Positions 36,972-47,487 are shown, counted from the stretch's first letter. The stretch is DNA of 64,000 bases from Patescibacteria group bacterium (GCA_016861085.1 BOKR01000001.1:67271-131270), one strand, 5' to 3'. Numbers and translations: made by a program. The notes: generated by a model not told the origin, from the letters alone.

Positions 36972-39602
36972 ATGACCGAGAAACAACCGACCATCCCGTT
37001 TTATTCCCAAAAACTTAGTAAGATTGAAGTTGATCTTAATACTGACTTTACCAAAGGATTAACTGGTGTTGAGGCAGAGAAACGATTACAAGCATATGGT
37101 CCGAATTCACTGCCTGAAGTTGCTAAAGATCCCTGGTGGAAAAAATTTCTATCACAATTTCAGGATTTTTTGATTTATATACTAATTGCTGGTTTAATAT
37201 TTTCCTTTTTAGCGGGAGAGTACATTGATGGGTTAGTTATTTTGATTATTGTTTTGGGTAATGCTATTTTGGCGTTCATTCAAGAGGGCAAGGCGGAGAA
37301 AGACTTAGAAGAAATCCAAAAGATTTCTGCCCCATATTGTACTGTACGCAGAGGAGGCAAAACCGAGAAAATACCAGTGTCACAAGTTGTTGTTGGTGAC
37401 ATTTTGCTTCTTGAAACAGGAGACCAAGTAGCTGCTGATGCGCGCTTGATTTCTTTAGTTAAGATGCAGGTTGATGAGTCATCTTTGACTGGTGAATCAG
37501 AATTTGTTAAGAAACAGACTGATCCTGTTGGTGAAGAAATGAATTTAGCTGACAGAACTAATATGGTTTTTAAACATTCATTGGTTCGGTATGGAAGGGG
37601 TGAGGCTGTTGTAACCGCAATCGGTGTCGAAACTGAGATCGGAAAAATTGCTGAGAAATTAATGGCAACCGAGAAAATGCCAACCCCTCTTGAAAGACAA
37701 CTTGAACATCTTGGTAAACGTTTGGGAGTTGCTGCACTTGTTATTTGTGCTCTTATATTTTTCTTAAACTGGGGTTGGAGAGGCAATCCACTGGTTCACT
37801 CTATTATTGATTCTGTATCTTTGGCAATTGCAGTGGTACCCGAAGGTCTACCAGCAATCGTGACAATTTGTTTGGCAATTGGAGTACAGGTGATGAGAAG
37901 AAAAAATGCAATTGTAAAGCATTTGCCAGCAATCGAAACGCTTGGTTCAACTGATTTCATTTGTACTGATAAAACTGGGACGATCACAGAAGGGGAGATG
38001 CGAGCGGTTGCTGCATACTTTGATGGCAAATCTCATAATTTCAGAGACATAGAAAATAAAAAAGTAAACCAGAGCCTATCTAGACTGCTAGAAATTGCAC
38101 TTTCTTGTAATAATGCTACCGATGGTTCTGGCTCACCAACAGAAGTCGCACTACTAGAAATTGCAACAAAATTTGGCATAGTTCGAGTTGCAAAAGTTGA
38201 TGAAAACCCATTCGACTCAGCTCGAAAAGCAATGAGTACAATTCATAAAACTGGAAAAAAATATATTTCAATGGTTAAAGGTTCACCTGAAGCAATTTTA
38301 GCAAGTTCAACACACATACTAGAGCACGGCAAACACTCTGCTATGACAACAGAGAAACTCAAAAAGCTACATACAGATCTTTCTGAAATCTCAAGAAAGG
38401 GATTGCGCGTTTTAGCATTTGCGTACAAAGATTCGCTAACAAGTATTCCAAAAAGTACTAAATCTGCAGAGAGTGATTTGACATTTGTTGGTTTTATTGG
38501 CTTGAAAGATCCAATTAGAAAAGAGGCAAGAGAAGCAATCGCACAACTCAAAGCGACCGGTATTACGCCCGTTATGATCACTGGAGACCAACATGAAACT
38601 GCATTTATTATTGCGAAAGAAGCAGGAATTTTAGACGCTGATGATGAACTTGATACAAGTGTAGTGCATGGTCAACAGTTACAAGGTATGACAGATGCTC
38701 AACTGCAAAATATTTGTGAAAAAGTTAAGGTTTATGCCAGAGTTGAACCAAATGACAAGCTTAGAATTGTTCAAGCTCTTCAATCAAAAAAACACATTGT
38801 AGCCATGTCTGGTGACGGGATTAATGACTCTCCAGCGATTAAAGCAGCAGATATTGGATTGGCAATGGGTATTCGTGGTACTGAAGTGACAAAAAGTGTA
38901 GCAGATGTGGTGCTCGTTGATGATAATTATCTTACTATTGCGGCTGCAGTGGCAAATAGCAGAGTTATTTTAAGAAATATCAAATTTTTCACATCATACT
39001 TACTTTCTTGTAATGCTGCGGAGATTCTTATTGTTCTTTTTGCGGTTCTTTCTGGATTGCCGATGCCTTTGAATGCACGGTTGTTATTATGGTTAAATGT
39101 CGTTTCTGACTTCTTGCCGGCACTTGCAATGTCATATGAACCATTTAGTTCTGCGGTAATGAAGCGTGGTCCAAATCCAGCTGGAGCTCCAGTTATTGAC
39201 AGGAGAATGTGGATTCATATTTCAGTACAAACTCTTGTCTCTTCAGTGCTTGTATTTTTGACTTACGTGTACTATGACCACTTTTCGCACGAAATGGGCA
39301 TGACTGCAGCTTTTGTTGTGTTGGCAATGGCTGAGGTTTTTAGAGCTTTAACGGCACGCTCTCACATTTTTTCATTGTTCCAAATCGGTGCATTCAAAAA
39401 CAAGGTAAGTAACCTTGCTGTTGTTGTTTCTTCTGCTTTGGTTCTGTCTTTGGTGTATATTCCATTTATGAGACATATCTTTGATACAGTGTACTTGGAT
39501 TTTTCAGTTCTTAGGAACTTATTGCTCATAGCACTTGTGATGCCAGTTGTTGAAGAGTTGACAAAGTGGTTTATTAGGGCGAATAAAATTCAACCGTATT
39601 AG
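36972..39602 (+). CDS. P-type cation-transporting ATPase (P2A, Ca2+-type)
   Basis: LTGES, VPEGL, DKTGT, MITGD, GDGINDSPA. Confidence 0.95.
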   Translation: MTEKQPTIPFYSQKLSKIEVDLNTDFTKGLTGVEAEKRLQAYGPNSLPEVAKDPWWKKFLSQFQDFLIYILIAGLIFSFLAGEYIDGLVILIIVLGNAILAFIQEGKAEKDLEEIQKISAPYCTVRRGGKTEKIPVSQVVVGDILLLETGDQVAADARLISLVKMQVDESSLTGESEFVKKQTDPVGEEMNLADRTNMVFKHSLVRYGRGEAVVTAIGVETEIGKIAEKLMATEKMPTPLERQLEHLGKRLGVAALVICALIFFLNWGWRGNPLVHSIIDSVSLAIAVVPEGLPAIVTICLAIGVQVMRRKNAIVKHLPAIETLGSTDFICTDKTGTITEGEMRAVAAYFDGKSHNFRDIENKKVNQSLSRLLEIALSCNNATDGSGSPTEVALLEIATKFGIVRVAKVDENPFDSARKAMSTIHKTGKKYISMVKGSPEAILASSTHILEHGKHSAMTTEKLKKLHTDLSEISRKGLRVLAFAYKDSLTSIPKSTKSAESDLTFVGFIGLKDPIRKEAREAIAQLKATGITPVMITGDQHETAFIIAKEAGILDADDELDTSVVHGQQLQGMTDAQLQNICEKVKVYARVEPNDKLRIVQALQSKKHIVAMSGDGINDSPAIKAADIGLAMGIRGTEVTKSVADVVLVDDNYLTIAAAVANSRVILRNIKFFTSYLLSCNAAEILIVLFAVLSGLPMPLNARLLLWLNVVSDFLPALAMSYEPFSSAVMKRGPNPAGAPVIDRRMWIHISVQTLVSSVLVFLTYVYYDHFSHEMGMTAAFVVLAMAEVFRALTARSHIFSLFQIGAFKNKVSNLAVVVSSALVLSLVYIPFMRHIFDTVYLDFSVLRNLLLIALVMPVVEELTKWFIRANKIQPY

Positions 39603-39703
39603 CAACAAGCTTTTTTGCAATGTGCTTTGTGGTAAAATACACGAAGTAAAAGAACAAACGCATATTTTTTGTCTTAACGGCAAAATCAGTAAGAAAGAAA
39701 CTA

Positions 39704-40423
39704 ATGCCCAAATATCCAATTAACGAATCAAAGAATAAGATTGCAGTCATTTCCTTAGGAGGATCACTCATTGTTCCTGACAAAGTAGATACACAATATC
39801 TTTCACAATTCAGAACATTTATTTTAGACCAGCTCAATAAAGGCTGGCGTTTTTTTATTATTACAGGTGGTGGAGCTCAAGCCAGAAACTATAGTGAAGC
39901 AGCAACAAAAATAATGGGAAATGAGATTACCAAAGATGACCAAGATTGGTTGGGAATTCACGCAACTCGTTTTAATGCTCACTTAGTTAGAACTATCTTT
40001 AGAAATCAAGCGCAGCCTGTAATTATTACTAACCCAGAAACTGGTAAAATCTCCGATGCAAAAATTGTTGTAGCTGCAGGTTGGAAACCCGGGTGGTCTA
40101 CAGACTTTATTGCAGCCAAAGTTGCGCAAAGAATCAACGCTCCATATTTAATTAATTTATCAAATATTAAGCAAGTTTATACGGATGATCCTAGAACTAA
40201 TCCAGATGCTAAACCGATTGAGAAAATGACTTGGAGTGAGTTTCGTGACATGGTAGGAGATGAGTGGACCCCAAGCATGAATACCCCATTTGATCCAATT
40301 GCCGCTAAGCTAGCGCAAAAAGAAGGCCAAACAGTGCTTGTCATGGAAGGAAAGAACTTGGAAAACTTAGAAAAAGCACTCAACGGCGAAGAGTTTTTTG
40401 GGACCGTGATTTGTCCAGAATAA
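39704..40423 (+). CDS. pyrH: UMP kinase (archaeal-type)
   Basis: ISLGGS, GGG..AR.Y, D.LGI.ATR.NA, PGWSTD. Confidence 0.9.
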   Translation: MPKYPINESKNKIAVISLGGSLIVPDKVDTQYLSQFRTFILDQLNKGWRFFIITGGGAQARNYSEAATKIMGNEITKDDQDWLGIHATRFNAHLVRTIFRNQAQPVIITNPETGKISDAKIVVAAGWKPGWSTDFIAAKVAQRINAPYLINLSNIKQVYTDDPRTNPDAKPIEKMTWSEFRDMVGDEWTPSMNTPFDPIAAKLAQKEGQTVLVMEGKNLENLEKALNGEEFFGTVICPE

Positions 40424-40438
40424 ACTTTGTTACTACCT

Positions 40439-41185
40439 TTATAAATAGATTTCTCCAAGGATCAGATAACGAAGGCCAATTAAGAACAGGGCAATTAGTA
40501 CGATGGTTCTAAAGCTTTTTTGTTGAATTTTATTCACAAAATTTTTGGCAATGAATGCTCCCACAAATGAAATTGGGATACAAATGAGTAAAATAAACAA
40601 CCAAGGAGCGGTAAGTCTAGTGTCACCAATAATATATTGAACCAATCTAGAACTGTCGATCATAAATCCGATGACCCCAGAGGTTACAAGGAATGTTGCT
40701 TTCTGTAAGTTAAATGCAGAAAGAAATGCACTGCGAATTGATCCACCAACTCCAAAAACACCTGAGAAGAATCCGGAAAGCGCTCCTCCAACGACTGCGT
40801 TTCTTGAATCGGCTTTTAATTTCCACCTTGGCTTACAAAAAACAAACACGCTATAAGAGATTAAAAACAACCCAAATAATTGTTTTAGTAAGTGCGTGGG
40901 CAATATAAGTGGGAGCCCTGCAGCAAAAAAACTCACGACTAAACCCGGAATTCCAAACAGAAGCACTAGCTTGACGTTGATTCCTTTCTTGAAAAACGTG
41001 ATTTTCCAGATATTACTAAACCAATGTATGATACCAACAAAGAGTAACGTTTCAGGGACAGGTAGGATAAAAGAAATAATGGGAACCATGATTGTCGACG
41101 TTCCAAAACCAGTTACAGTTCCAATAATTGAGGCTATCAAAGTCAGTATGCTAATGAGAAAAATATTTGGCATCATAGTAAGCAT
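40439..41185 (-). CDS. TSUP/TauE-SafE family membrane exporter
   Basis: GTVTGFG and SGFFSGVFGVGG repeats; ~8 TM helices. Confidence 0.85.
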   Translation of the reverse strand: MLTMMPNIFLISILTLIASIIGTVTGFGTSTIMVPIISFILPVPETLLFVGIIHWFSNIWKITFFKKGINVKLVLLFGIPGLVVSFFAAGLPLILPTHLLKQLFGLFLISYSVFVFCKPRWKLKADSRNAVVGGALSGFFSGVFGVGGSIRSAFLSAFNLQKATFLVTSGVIGFMIDSSRLVQYIIGDTRLTAPWLFILLICIPISFVGAFIAKNFVNKIQQKSFRTIVLIALFLIGLRYLILGEIYL

Positions 41186-41237
41186 ATCACAAAGTTTTTA
41201 AGGTATAATACCTCTAGAGAAAACAAAGAAAGAGAGT

Positions 41238-42317
41238 ATGAGTTTATCAGTCGGAATCGTTGGTTTACCAAATGTGGGCAAATCTACACTATTTAATGCA
41301 TTATTAAAGCGTCAAGCTGCTTTGGCAGCTAATTATCCGTTTGCCACGATTGACCCCAATACAGGGATTGTTCCTGTACCTGATGACCGACTAGAAAAAC
41401 TTGCTGCAGTTGTAGGAACAACGGTAATAAAGCCCGCCACTGTTGAATTTGTTGATATTGCTGGGTTGGTTAAAGGTGCAAGTCAAGGAGAAGGTCTAGG
41501 TAACAAATTCTTGGCAAATATTAGAGAAACCGATTTAATAGTTCATGTGGTGCGCGGTTTTACTGATACTTCAATTCTTCGTGAAGGCAGTGTTGATCCA
41601 AAGTCTGACAGAGAGATAATTGAAATGGAGTTATTGTTAGCAGATATGGCAACGCTTGAAAAGCAAAGACAGCCAAAAGTTGCTGATAAGGAATTGCAGT
41701 TTAAATGGCAAGTGGTTGAAAAGATGCAGCAAGCTGCTAGTCAGGGCAAGTTACTTATCACAGTCCTTGAGTCTGAAGATGAACAAAAAGTGGCACGAGA
41801 ACTAGGCTTATTAACTGCAAAAAAAATTCTGTATGCTGTAAATGTTGATGAATCAGTTGTTGGAAAACAAGAAGAAGAGACCAAAAAATATGCAGCTGCT
41901 TTTGGTGTTTCCGCTGAACAAGTGGTAATAATCAGTGCCAAGATTGAATCGGAAGTTGCAGCCTTATCAGATGATGATGCAGCCCTTTTTCTAGCTGAAC
42001 TAGGATTAGAGAAGAGTGGTTTAGAACGATTAATCCAAAAAGCGTTTCATTTTTTAGGTCTACAAACATATTTGACCGCTGGAGAAATTGAAGTAAGAGC
42101 ATGGACAATTACTGCAGGGACCAAGGCCCCGCAAGCTGCCGGTGTGATTCACACAGACTTTGAAAAGAAGTTCATTAAAGCCAAAGTTGTGAGTTATACT
42201 GATTTTATTGAATTGGGAGGCTGGAAGGGTACCAAAGAAAAGGGCAAACAACGTCTTGAAGGTAAAGATTACATCATGCAGCCTGATGATATTGTTGAAT
42301 TCATGATCGGTGCATAA
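41238..42317 (+). CDS. ychF: Ribosome-binding ATPase YchF
   Basis: GLPNVGKSTLFNAL, ANYPFATI, DIAGLVKGAS.GEGLGN. Confidence 0.97.
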   Translation: MSLSVGIVGLPNVGKSTLFNALLKRQAALAANYPFATIDPNTGIVPVPDDRLEKLAAVVGTTVIKPATVEFVDIAGLVKGASQGEGLGNKFLANIRETDLIVHVVRGFTDTSILREGSVDPKSDREIIEMELLLADMATLEKQRQPKVADKELQFKWQVVEKMQQAASQGKLLITVLESEDEQKVARELGLLTAKKILYAVNVDESVVGKQEEETKKYAAAFGVSAEQVVIISAKIESEVAALSDDDAALFLAELGLEKSGLERLIQKAFHFLGLQTYLTAGEIEVRAWTITAGTKAPQAAGVIHTDFEKKFIKAKVVSYTDFIELGGWKGTKEKGKQRLEGKDYIMQPDDIVEFMIGA

Positions 42318-42330
42318 GCACTCAGCAAAA

Positions 42331-42357
42331 GAGAGGATTGACACGTCAGTCCTTTTT
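42331..42357 (+). terminator. Intrinsic terminator after ychF
   Basis: aggattgac-ac-gtcagtcct followed by a T run. Confidence 0.7.
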
Positions 42358-42377
42358 ATAAGAAGATAGAAATATCT

Positions 42378-43823
42378 TTGATGCAAATCAGAACTTCATT
42401 AAAACTATCGACTATTATATTGCTCTTTGTTTTTTTGGCTCTTGCGAGCCTAATTGTGGTCTCATTTCAGCTGATAGATTCAGCTCGGCTACAGCGTTCC
42501 CTGACAACTGACATGCTTGTTGATATCAACAATCTACGAGGGCTAACTCTTGAGTATCTTTTGTACCCGAATGAGCGTGGAGAAGTTCAATTATTTAGTC
42601 AAATTAGCATGTTGCAAGAACGTTTAGAGTTCGTTATTCCAGTGAACCCCGATGAAGAGATGCTAATTTTTAATTTAAAAGAGGATAATAAACAATTAGT
42701 ATCACTGTTGCAACAACTTACAGCAAATTCTAATGGAGCGGGCATCCATTTTAAAGCAGATACACAACTGCAAGATTTATTGATTGGACAAATTACTATC
42801 GTTTCTCAAAGAATTATTAGTGGCGCTTTAGAACTGTCTAAATCTAGTGAACAAAGAATGTATACCACATTGAATGCTGCATATGTTGCAATTACAATTT
42901 CATCATTCATCCAGCTTTTTATAGTTCTTTTTATTATCTTTTTTCTTTTTAACAGGAAAATTTTTAAACCTCTTATCCGGTTAGAAAATGCCACTCATAT
43001 TGTGTCTAGAGGAAACCTTGACTATAAAGTACCAATTACAAACTATAATGAGGTGGGTAGACTTTCAAAATCATTCAATACAATGGTAGAACGTCTAAAA
43101 GGGATAGACGAGATTAAGGCAAGATTCTTGAGTACAGCGGCACATCAACTGCGTACACCTATTGGCGCAATTCGTTGGAACGCAGAAATTTTGTTAAAGT
43201 CAGACAAAGTCTCAGCAAAAGAGAAGCATAGCTTACTCAACGATATTCATGATAGTTCAATTCGTTTGTCAAAAACTATTGATGAATTGCTAGACGCTTC
43301 TCGTATAGAGCGAGGAAAAATAATTGATTCTCCACAGAAAGTTGATTTCCTGGAGTTAATTGAAGCTGTTGTTAAAGATCTAAAATATGAGTTAGAAAAG
43401 AGAAAAATCACGGTGAAGATTGAACGTTCAGTTCGAGAACTCCCTGAGGTTTTAGTTGATATGGAAAAGATGTTTGAGATCCTGATGAATTTAATTTCAA
43501 ATGCGGTTATTTACAGTAATCCAGGAGGAACAGTGGTCATTAGCGGTAGTTTAGATCAAGATAGGATAGAAGTAGCAGTGTCAGATGCCGGAATCGGTAT
43601 TTCAAAAGACGATTATCAAAAGGTTTTTTCAAAATTTTACCGATCAAAGCAAGCTATGGAGAAGGAGCCGAATGGTATGGGAATAGGACTCTTTATTGCA
43701 AAGTCGTATCTAGAGAGTTGGGGAGGAGAGTTGAATTTTTCTAGTGAACTGGAAAAAGGAAGTACATTCAGAATAAGACTACCTGAAAATATGGTAGTAA
43801 AAGGAAAGAAGGTTCTGGCATGA
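42378..43823 (+). CDS. HAMP-domain sensor histidine kinase
   Basis: 2 TM helices, HAMP (EVGRLSKSFN.M), H box AAHQLRTP, N box NLISNA, G boxes DAGIGI and GMGIGL. Confidence 0.93.
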   Translation: MMQIRTSLKLSTIILLFVFLALASLIVVSFQLIDSARLQRSLTTDMLVDINNLRGLTLEYLLYPNERGEVQLFSQISMLQERLEFVIPVNPDEEMLIFNLKEDNKQLVSLLQQLTANSNGAGIHFKADTQLQDLLIGQITIVSQRIISGALELSKSSEQRMYTTLNAAYVAITISSFIQLFIVLFIIFFLFNRKIFKPLIRLENATHIVSRGNLDYKVPITNYNEVGRLSKSFNTMVERLKGIDEIKARFLSTAAHQLRTPIGAIRWNAEILLKSDKVSAKEKHSLLNDIHDSSIRLSKTIDELLDASRIERGKIIDSPQKVDFLELIEAVVKDLKYELEKRKITVKIERSVRELPEVLVDMEKMFEILMNLISNAVIYSNPGGTVVISGSLDQDRIEVAVSDAGIGISKDDYQKVFSKFYRSKQAMEKEPNGMGIGLFIAKSYLESWGGELNFSSELEKGSTFRIRLPENMVVKGKKVLA

Positions 43824-44827
43824 AGAGAAAGCAATTAGCATTTAAGATGTTTTTTGTACTGATTGTTGTGATTATAGTGGCTATTAGTAGCAGTACAAAA
43901 GTTTTTAGGCAAGATTCAAATAAAGTAGAGAAAGTTACTATAGGTATAGTTGGTGACACGTCATCGTTAGTTGTATTTGCGAAAGAAAAAGGATACTTTT
44001 TAGACCAAGGTCTTGATGTGGAAATAAAGCAGTATGCGGTTGGGGCAGGTGCTCTTAACGACTTGTTAAGCGGAAACATTGATATAGCGGTTGGATCAGA
44101 ACACGCTGGTGTCAGGAGCAGTTTTAATTCCGACAAATTCAAAATAGGTGCGACAATTGCTAAGACTACTGCCTTTGAAATAGTTGCTCGTCGAGATAGA
44201 GGAATCACCAATCCCCAAGACATTATGGGGAAAACAGTTGGCTCTACTTCAGGAACTGCTGGTGAATTTTGGTTAAGTGTTTTTTTACGAAGTAACCAAA
44301 TGAGTCGCGATGATATTGATTTTATTTCTCTTTCACCCGCTGAACTACCTAAAGCATTAACTGAAGGAAAAATTGATGCAATGTTGAACCTTGAGCCTCA
44401 CACATACAATGCCAAAGTGGTGTTAGGTGAGAATGCGGTTAGTTTTAGAGGACAACGAGGACAGGGAGTTTATTCTGGTCTCTACTTTTCTAACAATTTG
44501 TTAGAAAGACAACCAGTTATTCCAGAAAAAATTATAAGAGCACTTGTAATGGCTGAGGGTTTTTTTAATGAGAATAGGGAAGAATCTTTGGCAATTATTT
44601 CAGAATATTTTGGTCATACTATTGAGTATATTGAGAACGTTGTTGTTCCAAAGTATGAGTTTGAGGTTTCTCTAGAACAGGCTTTAATATTGACAATGGA
44701 AGATCAAGCTCGTTGGATGGTTGATACTGGTATAGTTGAAGTACAAGAGATTCCGAATTTTCTGAATTATTTCTACTTTGATGCACTCCAGACGGTAAAA
44801 CCAGAATCAGTCACTATAGTCTACTAA
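43820..44827 (+). CDS. NrtA/SsuA/THI5-like substrate-binding protein
   Basis: AKEKGYF...GLDVE, DIMGKTVG, AL..GKIDA; N-terminal membrane anchor. Confidence 0.85.
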   Translation: MKRKQLAFKMFFVLIVVIIVAISSSTKVFRQDSNKVEKVTIGIVGDTSSLVVFAKEKGYFLDQGLDVEIKQYAVGAGALNDLLSGNIDIAVGSEHAGVRSSFNSDKFKIGATIAKTTAFEIVARRDRGITNPQDIMGKTVGSTSGTAGEFWLSVFLRSNQMSRDDIDFISLSPAELPKALTEGKIDAMLNLEPHTYNAKVVLGENAVSFRGQRGQGVYSGLYFSNNLLERQPVIPEKIIRALVMAEGFFNENREESLAIISEYFGHTIEYIENVVVPKYEFEVSLEQALILTMEDQARWMVDTGIVEVQEIPNFLNYFYFDALQTVKPESVTIVY

Positions 44828-44874
44828 AACTCTGATATATTTTGTGATATAATACCTCAAGTTATATAAAGTAT

Positions 44875-44921
44875 GTTTTGTCCATCCGCCAAATGCGGAT
44901 ACCACAGCTCTAGGACAAAAC
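44875..44921 (+). promoter_or_regulatory. Structured rpsF leader (candidate S6:S18 autoregulatory element)
   Basis: gttttgtcc/ggacaaaac stem enclosing atccgc/gcggat, immediately 5' of RBS GAAAGGA. Confidence 0.5.
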
Positions 44922-44937
44922 CAGAAAGGAGCACATC

Positions 44938-45279
44938 ATGATGGAACTTGTCAAAGACAAGCGAGTTCGTCAGTACGAACTTACCTACCTCTTACCAGAG
45001 GTTTTAACTTCTTCAGAAGTTGCTACAGTAAAAGAAGCAATCGAGCAGTTGCTTAAGAAAAATAAAGTAACAGTTGTTTCCCAAGAAGATTGGGGAAAGA
45101 AATTGTTAGCATACCCAATTAAGTATAAAAGCCAAAAACAACATGAGGCATATTACACTCATATGGTTTTAGAGGCTGATTCGACAAGAATGCCAAAGTT
45201 CGAAAACGACTTGTATTTAAAGCAAGAAGTTATGCGCCATTTATTAGTTTTGGCAGAGAATGTTAAGGCAGGAGAATAA
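44938..45279 (+). CDS. rpsF: 30S ribosomal protein S6
   Basis: YELTYLL, WGKKLLAYPI, VMRHLLV. Confidence 0.95.
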   Translation: MMELVKDKRVRQYELTYLLPEVLTSSEVATVKEAIEQLLKKNKVTVVSQEDWGKKLLAYPIKYKSQKQHEAYYTHMVLEADSTRMPKFENDLYLKQEVMRHLLVLAENVKAGE

Positions 45280-45359
45280 AATACGAATGGGACTTGAGTA
45301 ATCTACAGTTTATGTAAGAATTGTAGATACAATGAAGCTCAGTAACAGGAAGGAAAAAC

Positions 45360-45827
45360 ATGTCAACAAAATCGCTTAACAAAGTTATGCTGATAGGTAA
45401 CGTAACCAGAGATCCAAATCTCAGATATACGGCGCAGAATACTGCAGTGTGTTCTTTTGGTCTTGCTACAAACCGAACATGGGTTGGTGCAGACGGGAAA
45501 GAAAAACAGGAGCAGGTAGAGTTTCATAACATTGTTGCGTGGGCTAAGTTGGCAGATATTTGTGGTTCACTGCTCCATAAAGGAGACAAAGTCTATATTG
45601 AAGGTCGCCTACAAACCAGAGCTTGGAAGGGTGAAGACGGTGTAGAAAAGAAAACCACAGAAGTAATAGCAGAGAACATGCTTTTGTTACGAACAGCATC
45701 AGGTCAAATGGCAGGTAAAGCTACTTCAGATGATGATGATAAAGATCTTATGAAAAAGGTTGAAGCCACTAAGATGCCTGAAGAAGACTTTGATGTTGAA
45801 GATGTTTCAGACGATGTTCCATTTTAA
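45360..45827 (+). CDS. ssb: Single-stranded DNA-binding protein
   Basis: NKVMLIGN..RDP, VYIEGRLQTR, C-terminal DDVPF. Confidence 0.97.
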   Translation: MSTKSLNKVMLIGNVTRDPNLRYTAQNTAVCSFGLATNRTWVGADGKEKQEQVEFHNIVAWAKLADICGSLLHKGDKVYIEGRLQTRAWKGEDGVEKKTTEVIAENMLLLRTASGQMAGKATSDDDDKDLMKKVEATKMPEEDFDVEDVSDDVPF

Positions 45828-45848
45828 TTATAAAAAAGGAATACAATT

Positions 45849-46076
45849 ATGATCAAAAAAAAGAAAAAAATTAGAGTTAAAAAGGCTCCAAGAGTATCAG
45901 CTGATGTCAGTTTCACATATAAAGATACTGAAATGATGGCGAAGTTTATCACAGAGCAAGGTTCAATTCTTTCAAGAGAAGAAACCGGTTTATCTCAAAA
46001 ACAGCAAAGACAACTTGCAAGAGAAGTAAAGCGTGCAAGACACTTAGCGCTGTTGCCATTTACCCAAGTTTTGTAA
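45849..46076 (+). CDS. rpsR: 30S ribosomal protein S18
   Basis: YKD....[24 protein letters not shown]. Confidence 0.96.
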   Translation: MIKKKKKIRVKKAPRVSADVSFTYKDTEMMAKFITEQGSILSREETGLSQKQQRQLAREVKRARHLALLPFTQVL

Positions 46077-46104
46077 ATTGGCTCAAAATTATTTTTGAAA
46101 ATTG

Positions 46105-46153
46105 GAAGCCCCCGCAGCAATTGGAAATTGCTAAAGCGGGGGCTTCTTGGTTT
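46105..46153 (+). terminator. Terminator-like hairpin after rpsR
   Basis: gaagcccccgc/gcgggggcttc with inner agcaatt/aattgct. Confidence 0.75.
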
Positions 46154-46197
46154 TCCTGCTTCAAACTTTTTAGATCTTCAGATAAAATAAACCTCTG

Positions 46198-47484
46198 ATG
46201 CAAAACCCATTTCAAAAGAAAAACAATCGATTTGTTGTAGATGTAGGCTTTATTGGTAAAGTTATCACAGTCATACTTTTACTTTTTATTGGTGCTTTTG
46301 CTGAAAGCAAGTATCTCATTTTAGATAGATATTTTCAGATCAATCCTTCTTCACCGCAGACTGGTGCAACTCAGCTTTCTAAGTTAGTAAATACAAACTC
46401 CCCCAAAGAAAAAGAGGACGTTGATTTTGATATTTTTTGGGAAGTATGGAACTTATTAGAGCGCGACTATGTTTACCCAGAAAAACTTGATGCGACTAAA
46501 ATGGTTGATGGGGCAGTTGGTGGACTAGCAGCTTCTTTGGAAGATCCTTACACCATGTATTTGCCAAAAGAGGCAAATGAACGCAGTGCACAGGATTTGG
46601 CAGGCGCATTTTATGGGGTTGGTATTGAATTAGGATACATTGATGGCATACTGGCAGCGGTTTCTCCACTTGAAGGCACTCCAGCTTTTGCAGCAGGTGT
46701 TAAGGCAGGGGACTTAATCATAAATGTTAAAGACGAAGCCAAAGGCATTGATGAAGATAGTACTCGTTGGCCACTCAATAAGGCAGTTGATGCAATTCGA
46801 GGTCCAAAAAATTCACCAGTTATCTTGACTTTACTTCGTGAAGGGGTTGAAGCTCCTTTTGAGGTAACCATTAAGCGTGGTGAAATCATTGTTGAGTCCG
46901 TTACTTTAGAATTTACTGAATCGGCAGGAAAAAGAGTTGCCCATCTAAAAGTGTCTCGTTTTGGAGAAAGAACAGATGCAGAGTGGAATACAGCAGTTGC
47001 TGAAATCGTCAAACAGAAGAACTCTATTAATGGGATCGTTTTAGATATGCGTAACAACCCTGGAGGTTTCTTTGAAGGCGCAATCAATATTTCAAGCGAA
47101 TTTATTGATGCTGGAACAGTGGTTACGCAAAAAGATAGATTATTTGAACAAGACTTTGAAGCAAGAGGAAAAGCACGTCTTGCTGGAATTCCTGTTGAGG
47201 TTTTAGTGAATAAAGGAAGCGCTTCTGCTTCTGAAATTGTTGCTGGTGCTTTGCGAGATAGATTAGGTGCACAGCTGATTGGAACAAAAACATTTGGAAA
47301 AGGTACTGTTCAGGATAGAAGAGAATTGTCTAATGGTGCCGGTATTCACATTACCGTGGCGCGCTGGATGCTCCCAGGTGGTGATTGGATTCATGATGAA
47401 GGAATTCCAGTCAACGTTGAGGTTGAAGATAATCCAGAGACAGAAGCTGATGAGCAACTACTAAAAGCTATCGAAATAATTTAA
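46198..47484 (+). CDS. C-terminal processing protease (S41, PDZ)
   Basis: DPYT.Y, GVGIE, DMRNNPGG, SASASEI, TFGKGTVQ. Confidence 0.93.
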   Translation: MQNPFQKKNNRFVVDVGFIGKVITVILLLFIGAFAESKYLILDRYFQINPSSPQTGATQLSKLVNTNSPKEKEDVDFDIFWEVWNLLERDYVYPEKLDATKMVDGAVGGLAASLEDPYTMYLPKEANERSAQDLAGAFYGVGIELGYIDGILAAVSPLEGTPAFAAGVKAGDLIINVKDEAKGIDEDSTRWPLNKAVDAIRGPKNSPVILTLLREGVEAPFEVTIKRGEIIVESVTLEFTESAGKRVAHLKVSRFGERTDAEWNTAVAEIVKQKNSINGIVLDMRNNPGGFFEGAINISSEFIDAGTVVTQKDRLFEQDFEARGKARLAGIPVEVLVNKGSASASEIVAGALRDRLGAQLIGTKTFGKGTVQDRRELSNGAGIHITVARWMLPGGDWIHDEGIPVNVEVEDNPETEADEQLLKAIEII

Positions 47485-47487
47485 ACA

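Noticed and set aside
46105-46146. SRP (4.5S) RNA
   Set aside because: It lacks the SRP domain IV internal-loop motif, and its position right after rpsR fits a terminator.
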